IMG/VR virus record: IMGVR_UViG_3300027749_000095 | Location: 1 to 64,000 of that record | Origin: a virus | DNA length: 64,000 bases | Direction: 5' to 3' (one strand) | Shown here: in pieces, positions 16,818 through 25,734 of the stretch | Layout of the letters: each line of letters starts with the position of its first letter | Numbering within the stretch: position 1 is the stretch's first letter | The notes under the pieces: generated by a model | The model's input: only the letters and a program-made list of their open reading frames with translations | Database searches by the model: none | Told to the model about the DNA's origin: nothing | Made by a program: the position numbers and the translations under genes

Positions 16818-17661
16818 AATTAAAATTGCAGAGCTGTTTTACAGCATTCAAGGCGAAGGACGCTATATGGGTGTTCCGAGTGTGTTTCTACGCACATTCG
16901 GATGTAACTTTAAATGTGCAGGATTTGGCATGCCACGAGGAGAACTAAGTACAGAAGTTGAAACTATTTCTTTTGCTCATGACAATACTCCTTACAAGGA
17001 CTATAAAGATTTGCCGCTTGTTAGCACAGGGTGTGATAGTTATGCTAGTTGGGATCCACGTTTCAAAGACCTAAGCCCAATGCTTACAAGTGAAGCAATT
17101 GTAGATCGCATCATGGAAATTATTCCACATAGCGAATGGCATGACGAACATCTAGTAATTACGGGTGGTGAGCCATTGCTAGGTTGGCAACGTGCTTATC
17201 CTGACTTGCTAAACAATCCTAAAATGAAGGCGTTAAAAGAGATTACGTTTGAAACAAACGGTACTCAAAAACTTACACCGGAGTTTAAAGAATATCTGAG
17301 GAAGTGGAATAGTGTAGTAGGCAAGGAACTTACATTTTCAGTAAGTGCTAAACTTCCGGCAAGTGGTGAGAAGTGGAAAGAAGCCATTTGTCCAGAAGTA
17401 GTGTGTGAATACGAACAAGTGGGCACAGCATATTTAAAATTTGTAGTGGCAACAGAGCAGGATATTGCAGATGCCGAATGTGCTGTGGGTGCATTTTGTT
17501 CTGCAGGATTTAAAGGCCATGTGTACTTGATGCCGGTGGGTGGTGTGGAAAGTGTTTATACACTCAACGCAAAGAATGTGGCACTAGCAGCCATGAAGCG
17601 CGGATGGCGTTATAGTGACCGTTTACAAGTGCCGTTATTTAAAAATGAGTGGGGAACTTAA
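16810..17661 (+). CDS. queE: 7-carboxy-7-deazaguanine synthase (radical SAM)
   Basis: ELFYSIQGEG, VFLRTFGCNFKC...CDS, VITGGEPLL, ETNGT and RYSDRLQV. Confidence 0.92.
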   Translation: MSKIKIAELFYSIQGEGRYMGVPSVFLRTFGCNFKCAGFGMPRGELSTEVETISFAHDNTPYKDYKDLPLVSTGCDSYASWDPRFKDLSPMLTSEAIVDRIMEIIPHSEWHDEHLVITGGEPLLGWQRAYPDLLNNPKMKALKEITFETNGTQKLTPEFKEYLRKWNSVVGKELTFSVSAKLPASGEKWKEAICPEVVCEYEQVGTAYLKFVVATEQDIADAECAVGAFCSAGFKGHVYLMPVGGVESVYTLNAKNVALAAMKRGWRYSDRLQVPLFKNEWGT

Positions 17662-18104
17662 TGATTAAGAATTTTTTCAAACGTATTACTGGAATTACAG
17701 CAATCGAAGAAGCCACTGCCAAAGCTATAGCTGTTTCTGAAGCAGCCCAATTAGAAGCAAGTAAAAAAGCGGCTGCGGCAATTAAGGCAGCAGAGGAAGC
17801 AATGTATAGTCCAAAAGAACGTGCAACTGCCAAGGGCGAACCTTGGGTGGCAGTTTTGGACACACACGTCAATAAAGAAAATGTACGTAATGGTTTTTTT
17901 GAGCTTGACTGGAACGACCTATTTGTGTTACAATTGAAACAAGCCGGATATGGTTACGATGGTGACCCGGATGAGGAAATTGTAGATCGTTGGTTTAGAG
18001 ACCTAGCCAAAAATATGCTAGGAGAAGAAGGACAAGATACTACAAGAGGTGCAGGTTACATTAACGTGGTTCCGATCACAAAAGATAAATCAGAGGTTTC
18101 ATGA
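17661..18104 (+). CDS. hypothetical protein
   Basis: TAATG-coupled to queE, with KERAT..GEPWV.V...GFFELDWN..F motif. Confidence 0.7.
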   Translation: MIKNFFKRITGITAIEEATAKAIAVSEAAQLEASKKAAAAIKAAEEAMYSPKERATAKGEPWVAVLDTHVNKENVRNGFFELDWNDLFVLQLKQAGYGYDGDPDEEIVDRWFRDLAKNMLGEEGQDTTRGAGYINVVPITKDKSEVS

Positions 18105-19084
18105 CATATATCATAGTCGACACTGCTAATACATTTTTTCGTGCTCGTCATGTAGTGCAGGGCAATGCCGATATCAAACTAGGTATGGCATTTCACATTA
18201 CTTTCAACAGCATTAAAAAAGCATGGCAGGATTTTGACGGCAGTCATGTAGTATTCTGCCTCGAAGGTCGGTCGTGGCGTAAGGACTTTTACAAGCCTTA
18301 CAAGGCGAACAGGCAAGAAACTCGTAGTGCTATGACTGTTAAAGAACAAGAAGAAGATAAGTTATTCTGGGAAGCGTTTGATGAGTTTAAAAACTTCATA
18401 ACAGAAAAGACTAACTGCACAGTATTGCAACATAAACAACTAGAAGCAGATGATTTGATTGCTGGATTCATTCAGATGCATCCAGAAGCAAAACATGTTA
18501 TTATCAGCACTGACGGAGACTTTGCACAATTAGTAAGTCCCACTGTTAGTCAATATAATGGTGTAGGTGATTTACATATTACACACGAAGGCATCTTTGA
18601 TGCTAAGGGCAAACCTGTTAAAGATAAAAAGACCGGTGAAGCAAAGCCCGCACAAGATCCAGAATGGATGCTATTTGAAAAATGTATGCGTGGCGATACT
18701 AGCGACAATGTCTTCTCGGCCTATCCCGGAGTTCGTACTAAGGGTACTAAGAATAAAGTTGGTTTACAAGAAGCGTTTGAAGATCGTAAATCCAAAGGCT
18801 ATGCGTGGAACAATCTCATGTTGCAACGTTGGTCTGACCATAACGGACAAGAACATCGTGTGCTAGAAGATTATCAACGTAATGTACAGCTCTGCGATTT
18901 AACTGCACAACCTGCAGACATTCGTAATTTTATTACTGAAACTATCAAAATTAATGCAGTACCTAAGACTGTTGATCAAGTTGGTATTCGTATGTTAAAA
19001 TTTTGTAACACATGGGACATGAAAAAGATTGCTGACAACATTCAGCAATATGCTGTTCCATTCCAGGCAAGATATAATAAATGA
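18101..19084 (+). CDS. rnh: RNase H / 5'-3' flap exonuclease (T4 rnh-like)
   Basis: IIVDTAN, SWRKDFYKPYKANR, LEADDLIA, IISTDGDFAQL and RGDTSDNV. Confidence 0.92.
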   Translation: MTYIIVDTANTFFRARHVVQGNADIKLGMAFHITFNSIKKAWQDFDGSHVVFCLEGRSWRKDFYKPYKANRQETRSAMTVKEQEEDKLFWEAFDEFKNFITEKTNCTVLQHKQLEADDLIAGFIQMHPEAKHVIISTDGDFAQLVSPTVSQYNGVGDLHITHEGIFDAKGKPVKDKKTGEAKPAQDPEWMLFEKCMRGDTSDNVFSAYPGVRTKGTKNKVGLQEAFEDRKSKGYAWNNLMLQRWSDHNGQEHRVLEDYQRNVQLCDLTAQPADIRNFITETIKINAVPKTVDQVGIRMLKFCNTWDMKKIADNIQQYAVPFQARYNK

Positions 19085-19121
19085 ATGAATGTCCTGTACT
19101 ACCTATTAAAAGGAAATAAAA

Positions 19122-19598
19122 ATGAATTTAAAAGCAAAACCCATTGTTGATGGAAAATTTTGGATTGTAGAAGAAGATGGTGAGAAGGTTGCTATCTTAC
19201 ATAAAAAAGAAAATAATAAGTTTATGTTAAGCTCTAAAGAAGGTGAGGTTTACTTTAATAGAAAAGACGATTTAACTAAAAAATTTGGCAAGGACTTTTT
19301 TCTAGTTAGCGATAAGGTAAAAATTACATACGAAGAAGTGCGTGACGTGTATGAGTATCCGACTAGTTGTAGGCCATATAATCCCCTGTTTAATGTACAA
19401 CGTAAGTTACCATTGTTTACCAAGAGCCAGGCCAGCAAGAGTCTGTATTGTGCTGGATATTACACAATTAAGTTTGATAAAGGCTGGGTTAAATCATTCT
19501 GTCCCAAGTTAATTACAGTTGAGCGGTATCCAACTAAAGGTCCGTTTAAAAGTGAACTTGAAATGAAACAGGTACTATCGAATGCCAAATCCGATTAA
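19122..19598 (+). CDS. hypothetical protein
   Basis: 158 aa, AAGGA RBS, LPLFTK...SKS.YCAGYY...FCPKLIT motif. Confidence 0.72.
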   Translation: MNLKAKPIVDGKFWIVEEDGEKVAILHKKENNKFMLSSKEGEVYFNRKDDLTKKFGKDFFLVSDKVKITYEEVRDVYEYPTSCRPYNPLFNVQRKLPLFTKSQASKSLYCAGYYTIKFDKGWVKSFCPKLITVERYPTKGPFKSELEMKQVLSNAKSD

Positions 19599-19824
19599 TA
19601 CTGCGCCTATCCAACAGTTTATACAACAGGTAAAGGCTGCTGATATTACTCAGCAACGAGAAATTAAGTTAGACATTAAAACTGCCAAAGCACTTGCGTA
19701 TTGTTTAGGTGAAGTTAGTGCTAAATTGCTTGAAGATTACGATACAATATTCAGACGATTAGAATCAAGCTCCGGTGGAGCAGTCACAGTACAGATGGAC
19801 GGGGGCGGGTTTTCCACCAATTGA
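19582..19824 (+). CDS. hypothetical protein
   Basis: 80 aa ending VQMDGGGF, overlapping the upstream gene. Confidence 0.65.
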   Translation: MPNPINTAPIQQFIQQVKAADITQQREIKLDIKTAKALAYCLGEVSAKLLEDYDTIFRRLESSSGGAVTVQMDGGGFSTN

Positions 19825-19827
19825 ATG

Positions 19828-19860
19828 ATAAATATATGCGTACATAATATAGGACGCATA
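19828..19860 (+). promoter_or_regulatory. late promoter plus RBS-occluding hairpin
   Basis: ATAAATA (19828-34) followed by TATGCGT...ACGCATA stem enclosing AGGA, 4 nt before ATG 19865. Confidence 0.65.
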
Positions 19861-19864
19861 CTTC

Positions 19865-20149
19865 ATGTCAAGACCCAAACCCACTGTTCTGTTAGAATAC
19901 ATTAATAAAAAGAACTATAAAAGCGAGCAAGTTCTTAGCGCAGAGGCTATCTGGGCAGTATTCTATAAACAAGAACCGTTTAATTTAAAATCAGCAAGTA
20001 GCATTACTAGCTATCCTGGACCTAAGTACAAGAAGGTCTCGTTTAGTAATCCAGGTCATGCACACAATCTTGCAAAGAAACTCAATCAAATGTTTAACTG
20101 TGATGACTTTGAAGTAGTCAAGTTAACCAGCGGCGAAATTATCAAATGA
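19865..20149 (+). CDS. conserved hypothetical protein
   Basis: 94 aa, MSRPKP.VLL...YPGPKYKKVSFSNPGHAHNLA.KLN. Confidence 0.75.
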   Translation: MSRPKPTVLLEYINKKNYKSEQVLSAEAIWAVFYKQEPFNLKSASSITSYPGPKYKKVSFSNPGHAHNLAKKLNQMFNCDDFEVVKLTSGEIIK

Positions 20150-20553
20150 TTTCAAAAGAGACCTACACCAAAATATTCCTGCAACAAAAGGAAAAAAGTA
20201 TAGATAGTGCCAATGTCAAGCATCATATGTACAAATGGTGGCAAAGTCACCGATCAAAAGAAATTGGCGGACTACGATTAAGTGACGAGGGTTTTGAATT
20301 TCTAACTGACGAATTGGGTTTGAAAAGTTATGAGATTCCATTTACTGAGCCAATTGAACTAAGTCCCCAAACTATCATATTTTTTGATAGATCAATGGAC
20401 GGCCCGTATTTTCTCACAAACCAAAGTATTACTGTATTTTCCGAAAAGAAATCTTTTGAGCTGTACATGTTTTCGGACGACATTCGAAAATACGGACTTG
20501 TTAAGGCAATGAACGCCCAAAATAAAGATAGCCAAACGGACGAAAACTCCTAA
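20146..20553 (+). CDS. hypothetical protein
   Basis: 135 aa, ATGA overlap, WW....GGLRLSDEG motif. Confidence 0.7.
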   Translation: MISKETYTKIFLQQKEKSIDSANVKHHMYKWWQSHRSKEIGGLRLSDEGFEFLTDELGLKSYEIPFTEPIELSPQTIIFFDRSMDGPYFLTNQSITVFSEKKSFELYMFSDDIRKYGLVKAMNAQNKDSQTDENS

Positions 20554-20560
20554 AAAGAAG

Positions 20561-20589
20561 TTGACAGGGACGCTGTTACGCTGTATAAT
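20561..20589 (+). promoter_or_regulatory. consensus sigma70 promoter
   Basis: TTGACA-N17-TATAAT upstream of the AAA ATPase. Confidence 0.88.
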
Positions 20590-20638
20590 AGCTACATAGA
20601 CAGTAAGATAACAACGCTTTTTTAACCCAGGAGTATAT

Positions 20639-21736
20639 ATGAGCGAGATCCTTTCACGTACCGTTGGCCCTAAGGCTGCTAAAAAATCTCTTCGCCGTGC
20701 TTTTAAAGCCAATCGTCCGCTGTTCCTTTGGGGACCTCCTGGAATTGGTAAAAGCGATATCGTAAAGCAAATGGGCGTTGAGCTCGAAGCTCACGTTATT
20801 GATATCCGTTTGAGCCTATGGGATCCCACTGATATTAAAGGTATTCCATTTTTTAACAGCACCGTTAATAAAATGGAATGGGCTCCCCCTACTGAATTGC
20901 CCGACGAAGTTATGGCAGCTAAGTACAAGAAAATCATCTTGTTCTTGGACGAAATGAACTCTGCGGCTCCTGCTGTTCAGGCAGCGGCTTACCAATTGGT
21001 GCTGAACCGTAAGGTTGGTACTTACCGCTTGCCTGACAACGTTTTGATTGTTGCCGCTGGCAACCGTGAAACGGACAGAGGTGTTACTTTCCGTATGCCT
21101 GCTCCGTTGGCTAATCGTTTCGTTCACTTGGAGATGCGTGTTGATTGGGACGACTACTTTGGCTGGGCTACTGAAAACAAAATCCACAAGGACGTGGTTG
21201 GCTTTTTGACTTTCTCCAAGAAAGACCTGTACGACTTTGATCCAAAGTCAGCATCACGTGCCTTTGCTACTCCTCGTAGTTGGGCGTTTGTTAGCGAACT
21301 GTTGTTTGATGACGACGAAGATGACAGCACAATGACTGACTTGATTTCGGGTGCGGTCGGTGAAGGTCTTGCAGTTAAGTTTATGGCTCATCGTAAGATT
21401 AGCTCAAAATTGCCTGACCCTACAGATATTTTAGCGGGCAAAGTTAAGAAAATGGACACCAAGGAAATTAGTGCCATGTACTCGCTGACAGTGTCATTGT
21501 GCTATGAATTGAAAGATGCCAGCGACAAAAACGACAAGAAGTTTAACGATAAAGTTAACTACTTCTTCCAATTTATGATGGACAATTTTGAAACTGAATT
21601 GGTTGTAATGGGTACCAAACTTGCATTGACTCAATACCAATTGCCGTTGGATCCAGATGAGATCAAATGTTTTGATGACTTCCATGCCAAATATGGTAAG
21701 TACATTGCGGCCGCTACAGATAAACATTCACGCTAA
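20639..21736 (+). CDS. MoxR-like AAA+ ATPase
   Basis: Walker A GPPGIGKS, Walker B LFLDEMN, AAGNR and PLANRF. AGGAG RBS. Confidence 0.92.
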   Translation: MSEILSRTVGPKAAKKSLRRAFKANRPLFLWGPPGIGKSDIVKQMGVELEAHVIDIRLSLWDPTDIKGIPFFNSTVNKMEWAPPTELPDEVMAAKYKKIILFLDEMNSAAPAVQAAAYQLVLNRKVGTYRLPDNVLIVAAGNRETDRGVTFRMPAPLANRFVHLEMRVDWDDYFGWATENKIHKDVVGFLTFSKKDLYDFDPKSASRAFATPRSWAFVSELLFDDDEDDSTMTDLISGAVGEGLAVKFMAHRKISSKLPDPTDILAGKVKKMDTKEISAMYSLTVSLCYELKDASDKNDKKFNDKVNYFFQFMMDNFETELVVMGTKLALTQYQLPLDPDEIKCFDDFHAKYGKYIAAATDKHSR

Positions 21737-21753
21737 TTTGTAGCCAAAGTCAA

Positions 21754-21782
21754 TTGACAGGACCTGCGGGTCCTGTTATAAT
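21754..21782 (+). promoter_or_regulatory. consensus sigma70 promoter with palindromic spacer
   Basis: TTGACA-N17-TATAAT with ACAGGACC-TGCG-GGTCCTGT spanning the spacer. Confidence 0.85.
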
Positions 21783-21813
21783 ATATACATACAGTAAATA
21801 TTTAGGAGCAGAA

Positions 21814-22989
21814 ATGACAAGTTATTTAGACCCAATTGTTGACAAGATTGTTGTTGCACGAGTTGGATTGCTGTTACGCCATCCGTTCTTTGGCAACATG
21901 GCTACCCGGCTTAGAATTGAAGATGCTACCGCTTGGTGTGCTACCGCTGCCACCGACGGACGTCACTTGTATTACAATCGAGACTTCTTCGAAGATCTAA
22001 CTGTTAAGCAGGTTGAGTTTGTTGTTGCACACGAAATCCTGCATAATGTGTTTGAGCATATGCTTCGTGTAGAAGGCCGTGATCGCAAAGTTTGGAACAT
22101 TGCCGCTGACTACACTGTTAATGGCACATTGGTACGTGATCGTATTGGTGAAGTTCCTCCAAAGATTAAAATCTTCCATGACCCAAAACACTACGGCAAA
22201 AGTTCAGAACAAGTGTACGATGAAATTTTTGGTGAGATGGATGACCAAGAATTAGATGCACTTGGAGAATTACTCGACGAGCACATTGATTGGGAGAAGG
22301 AAGGCAAAGGTCGTCCTGCATACTCAAAAGAAGAGCTCAAGCAAATCCGTGATGAGATCAAAGAAGCTATGATGACTGCGGCGCAGGCTGCGGGTGCGGG
22401 AAATGTGCCGGCAGAGATCGGGCGTATGATTAAAGAGCTTACTGAGCCTAAGATGAACTGGCGTGAAATTCTGCGTCAACAAATTCAAAGCACTATTAAA
22501 AGTGACTATACCTTTATGCGTCCAAATCGTAAGGGCTGGCATATGAGTGCTATTCTTCCGGGCACTAACTATGCCGAAACAATTGATATTTGTATTGCTA
22601 TCGATATGTCAGGGTCAATTGGAGATGATCAAGCTAAAGACTTTATTAGCGAGATCAAAGGCATTATGGAAGAATACAAAGACTACAAAATTAAAGTGTG
22701 GTGCTTTGATACCAGAGTCTATAATGAACAAGACTTTGACGGGTATAACGATGACATTATGGAATACCAAGTTAAAGGTGGTGGTGGTACTGACTTTGAC
22801 GCTAACTGGACTTACATGAAAGAACACGACATTACCCCTAAGAAGTTTATCATGTTCACAGATGGGTATCCCTGGAGCTCATGGGGTGATGAAAACTACT
22901 GTGATACAGTATTCATCATCCACGGTAATACTAGTATTGTACCACCCTTTGGAGCTCACGCTTACTATGAGTTTAGTGATAAAACTTGA
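21814..22989 (+). CDS. metallopeptidase-like (HExxH) plus vWA domain protein (DUF2201-like), partner of MoxR ATPase
   Basis: TAATDG, AHEILH, MIDAS IDMSGSI, GGGGTDF and FTDGYP. Start at ATG 21814 after AGGAG. Confidence 0.88.
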   Translation: MTSYLDPIVDKIVVARVGLLLRHPFFGNMATRLRIEDATAWCATAATDGRHLYYNRDFFEDLTVKQVEFVVAHEILHNVFEHMLRVEGRDRKVWNIAADYTVNGTLVRDRIGEVPPKIKIFHDPKHYGKSSEQVYDEIFGEMDDQELDALGELLDEHIDWEKEGKGRPAYSKEELKQIRDEIKEAMMTAAQAAGAGNVPAEIGRMIKELTEPKMNWREILRQQIQSTIKSDYTFMRPNRKGWHMSAILPGTNYAETIDICIAIDMSGSIGDDQAKDFISEIKGIMEEYKDYKIKVWCFDTRVYNEQDFDGYNDDIMEYQVKGGGGTDFDANWTYMKEHDITPKKFIMFTDGYPWSSWGDENYCDTVFIIHGNTSIVPPFGAHAYYEFSDKT

Positions 22990-23539
22990 TCCTGATGCAT
23001 TCAGCGCAGGGCAAATTCAAAGTAAGATCTGGGCGGCACGTGAATTAGAACCAGTAGTGGCTCAACTAAAAATTGAGCCACTACGCATTGCCATCCTCGG
23101 TGGATGGTATGCTTTGTTGCATTTTATTTTGCAATCAAGAGAACGTGTGGCTATTGAGTATTGTAGATCATATGATATCGATGCAAGTGTGTGCATGGAT
23201 GCAAATTTGATTAATAACTCATGGGAAATAAATGATTGGCAGTTTAGATCATTCCCCCGAGATGCTAATAAAGCTACATATGACGATAACATTAATTTAG
23301 TAGTTAATACATCAACTGAGCACTTCGATAGTCAAGATTGGTTTGATCGTATTCCCAGCGGCACGCTATGTCTATTCCAAGGTAATGATCTGGACATTAA
23401 AGATCACACTCGACGTCCAACAGAGTTAGATCACTTTAAGGCGTTATGGCCATTACAGAAAGAGCTATTTTCAGGATCAATGTATTTTGATTTTAAAGAA
23501 GATTCATATACAAGATACATGACAATTGGATTAAAATAA
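22967..23539 (+). CDS. class I SAM-dependent methyltransferase-like protein
   Basis: SK.W...EL, ILGGWY, SYDID, VVNTSTEH and RYM.IG motifs. Confidence 0.6.
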   Translation: MSLVIKLDPDAFSAGQIQSKIWAARELEPVVAQLKIEPLRIAILGGWYALLHFILQSRERVAIEYCRSYDIDASVCMDANLINNSWEINDWQFRSFPRDANKATYDDNINLVVNTSTEHFDSQDWFDRIPSGTLCLFQGNDLDIKDHTRRPTELDHFKALWPLQKELFSGSMYFDFKEDSYTRYMTIGLK

Positions 23540-23817
23540 TGGCATTGAAGAACGGCAAGGTTAACATCCTTAATACATTAGATTTGAGAAAAGTTAATTT
23601 TCCCTCACCGCATTTTCATTATGCACTATTATCAAAGTATACGCCTACCTATCATAAAACAATAGATACATGGATTTATCAACATCTTAATAGTCGTTAC
23701 TATGTAGGTCAAGCTGTTGATCTAGTGGACAATACTATTGTATTTGTCACTAAGATTGGGTTTGAACAAGAGAAAGAACTTAGCTTTTTCAAACTTGCTT
23801 GCCCACATTTAATCTAA
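23539..23817 (+). CDS. hypothetical protein
   Basis: 92 aa, TAATG coupling, IGFE..KELSFF.L motif. Confidence 0.68.
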   Translation: MALKNGKVNILNTLDLRKVNFPSPHFHYALLSKYTPTYHKTIDTWIYQHLNSRYYVGQAVDLVDNTIVFVTKIGFEQEKELSFFKLACPHLI

Positions 23818-23860
23818 CTGCTAATTAATAAGCATATATAATTTATACAAGGAGGTCATT

Positions 23861-24082
23861 ATGACTGAAGAAACAAACCAAGCAGTTGCTCCAGAAGCAG
23901 CCCCACCGCAAGAAGGGGCAGAATTAACTATTACTGATTTGAACAACATGAAATCAATCATCGATGTTGCAAGTCAACGTGGCGCATTTAAACCAAACGA
24001 AATGGTATTAATTGGACAAACTTATAATAAGTTATCTGCCTTCTTAGATACCGTAGCAAAAACAGCTAAGCCAGGAGTTTAA
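23861..24082 (+). CDS. hypothetical protein
   Basis: 73 aa, strong AAGGAGG RBS, LT..DL....IID.A.QRGAFK..E motif. Confidence 0.75.
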   Translation: MTEETNQAVAPEAAPPQEGAELTITDLNNMKSIIDVASQRGAFKPNEMVLIGQTYNKLSAFLDTVAKTAKPGV

Positions 24083-24083
24083 T

Positions 24084-24737
24084 ATGCAAACCTTAAAACA
24101 TGTAGGTCGCATTAAGTCAACAGGGCGTAGATGCTTAGTAGTGTTTAGGACACTTCCCGGAGATGCATTTAGTTGTTTAATCATCCAAACAGAAAGCCTT
24201 GATCCAAGCCAACACGATTCACTTATTAATTTAGTTGAGTCGAATGCTGCGCAATCGGCAAACGAGTTTAGCGAAGTACTAGCTCGCGCATTGTTTGGAG
24301 ACGGTAGTACCATGTTGCCAAGTCTACATGCAAGAGGATTGTTAGCTAAGTTTCCAACTGATGCTATTGAGATGGTTCCAAACATGCAAGCTACAATTTT
24401 GCTGTCAGAATTGAATCAGGTTATTGCCCAACAGGCTGGGGTTAGTGTGCAAGATCTTGCTATTCGTCCTTCAGGCAAGGAAAATCTCGACGTGCAAGAA
24501 TTAGCCAAGGTAAAAGACATTAGTCCAAAGACAGGAAATACTGAGCCGCTAATGGAGCAGTATGATGCAGGTAAAACTACATCGGCAACAGTAAATGAAG
24601 ATGGTATTTTAACCGATGACTTGTTAGCTAAAAAGTATCGCAGTGATGCGGATCGTCTAAGCAAGGAAGCTGCTCAACTCCGTCGTATGGCTGAAGAATT
24701 AGTGCCTACTAAGAAAAAAACTGCTATTGAAGAGTGA
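24084..24737 (+). CDS. hypothetical protein
   Basis: 217 aa, AGGAG RBS, C-terminal coiled coil. Confidence 0.75.
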   Translation: MQTLKHVGRIKSTGRRCLVVFRTLPGDAFSCLIIQTESLDPSQHDSLINLVESNAAQSANEFSEVLARALFGDGSTMLPSLHARGLLAKFPTDAIEMVPNMQATILLSELNQVIAQQAGVSVQDLAIRPSGKENLDVQELAKVKDISPKTGNTEPLMEQYDAGKTTSATVNEDGILTDDLLAKKYRSDADRLSKEAAQLRRMAEELVPTKKKTAIEE

Positions 24738-25054
24738 CAAACGGAAAACCATTTCCTAAAGATGTCATCGAACATTGGCCCGAGGTATTTGGAGAGATTA
24801 CATTAAATGTTGTACCTCTAAAATACCTCGACTCAATTACGGTTACATTTAAAAATACAAAAGTATGGGAAATTCAAATAACTGCTAAACAGGCACAAGA
24901 AGATTGGGATTCGTTTGAAACAAATCTTAAAGAAATGCTTGCCTCGTATGAAAGTGACATAGAAAATGTAGATTTTAAACTCGATACTGAGAGGGTTAAA
25001 AAAGACATGATCAAGAATACAAACAAATTTTTAAAGAAAAGAAAATTGAGATGA
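24734..25054 (+). CDS. hypothetical protein
   Basis: 106 aa, GTGA overlap, WPEVF motif. Confidence 0.65.
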   Translation: MTNGKPFPKDVIEHWPEVFGEITLNVVPLKYLDSITVTFKNTKVWEIQITAKQAQEDWDSFETNLKEMLASYESDIENVDFKLDTERVKKDMIKNTNKFLKKRKLR

Positions 25055-25734
25055 ATGTTAAATTAATTAGTTACAGTCAACCTACACAAGAATTTGCCGA
25101 AATGGGCGTTGACAATGCCCAGGAACTAATTGCATATTGTGCCCGTGTTAGCAATCCTGCTAATCAACTTAACACAGAAACAAGCGAAAAACTTATTAAG
25201 TATTTGGTCAAGCACCAACATTGGTCACCACTTGAAATGGTTAGTGCTTGTATTGAAATTACAACCACACGTGACATTGCTCGACAAATTTTACGTCATC
25301 GCAGTTTTAGTTTCCAAGAATTTAGCCAGAGGTATGCTGATCCAACTAAAGACTTAGATTTTGTAACTCGAGAAGCAAGACTACAAGATCCTAAAAATAG
25401 ACAAAATAGTGTTGCCACTGAAGATGAGCAACTTCAAGCAGAGTGGGAATTAATCCAACAGGCTGTCATTGGTGCTGCTAAAGAAGCCTACGAATGGGCT
25501 ATTGAAAACGGTATTGCTAAAGAACAAGCTCGTGCTGTACTGCCCGAAGGCCTTACAGAAAGTCGTTTATACATGAATGGCACACTGCGTAGTTGGATTC
25601 ACTTTATTGAATTACGCAGTGCAAACGGTACGCAAAAAGAACACCAAGAAGTAGCTGTTGCTTGTGCAAAAGCAATTGCTGCTATTTTTCCAATGGCAGC
25701 TAGTTTAGTTACTCAGGGCGTAGCGGCAATTTAA
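25051..25734 (+). CDS. thyX: flavin-dependent thymidylate synthase
   Basis: ARVS, HWSPLE, RQILRHRSFSFQEFSQRY, EQARAVLP and TQKEH. Confidence 0.95.
   Translation: MNVKLISYSQPTQEFAEMGVDNAQELIAYCARVSNPANQLNTETSEKLIKYLVKHQHWSPLEMVSACIEITTTRDIARQILRHRSFSFQEFSQRYADPTKDLDFVTREARLQDPKNRQNSVATEDEQLQAEWELIQQAVIGAAKEAYEWAIENGIAKEQARAVLPEGLTESRLYMNGTLRSWIHFIELRSANGTQKEHQEVAVACAKAIAAIFPMAASLVTQGVAAI

Noticed and set aside
19081-19119. 12-codon ORF after rnh
   Set aside because: Too short to support. It may be only a spacer carrying the next gene's RBS.
21754-21813. ORF-track TTG start for the vWA protein
   Set aside because: The TTG is the -35 box of a promoter. The ATG at 21814 has an AGGAG RBS.
25709-25734. 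Terminator at the convergence of thyX and the GT cluster
   Set aside because: The genes overlap by 26 nt and no hairpin with a U-tract is visible.
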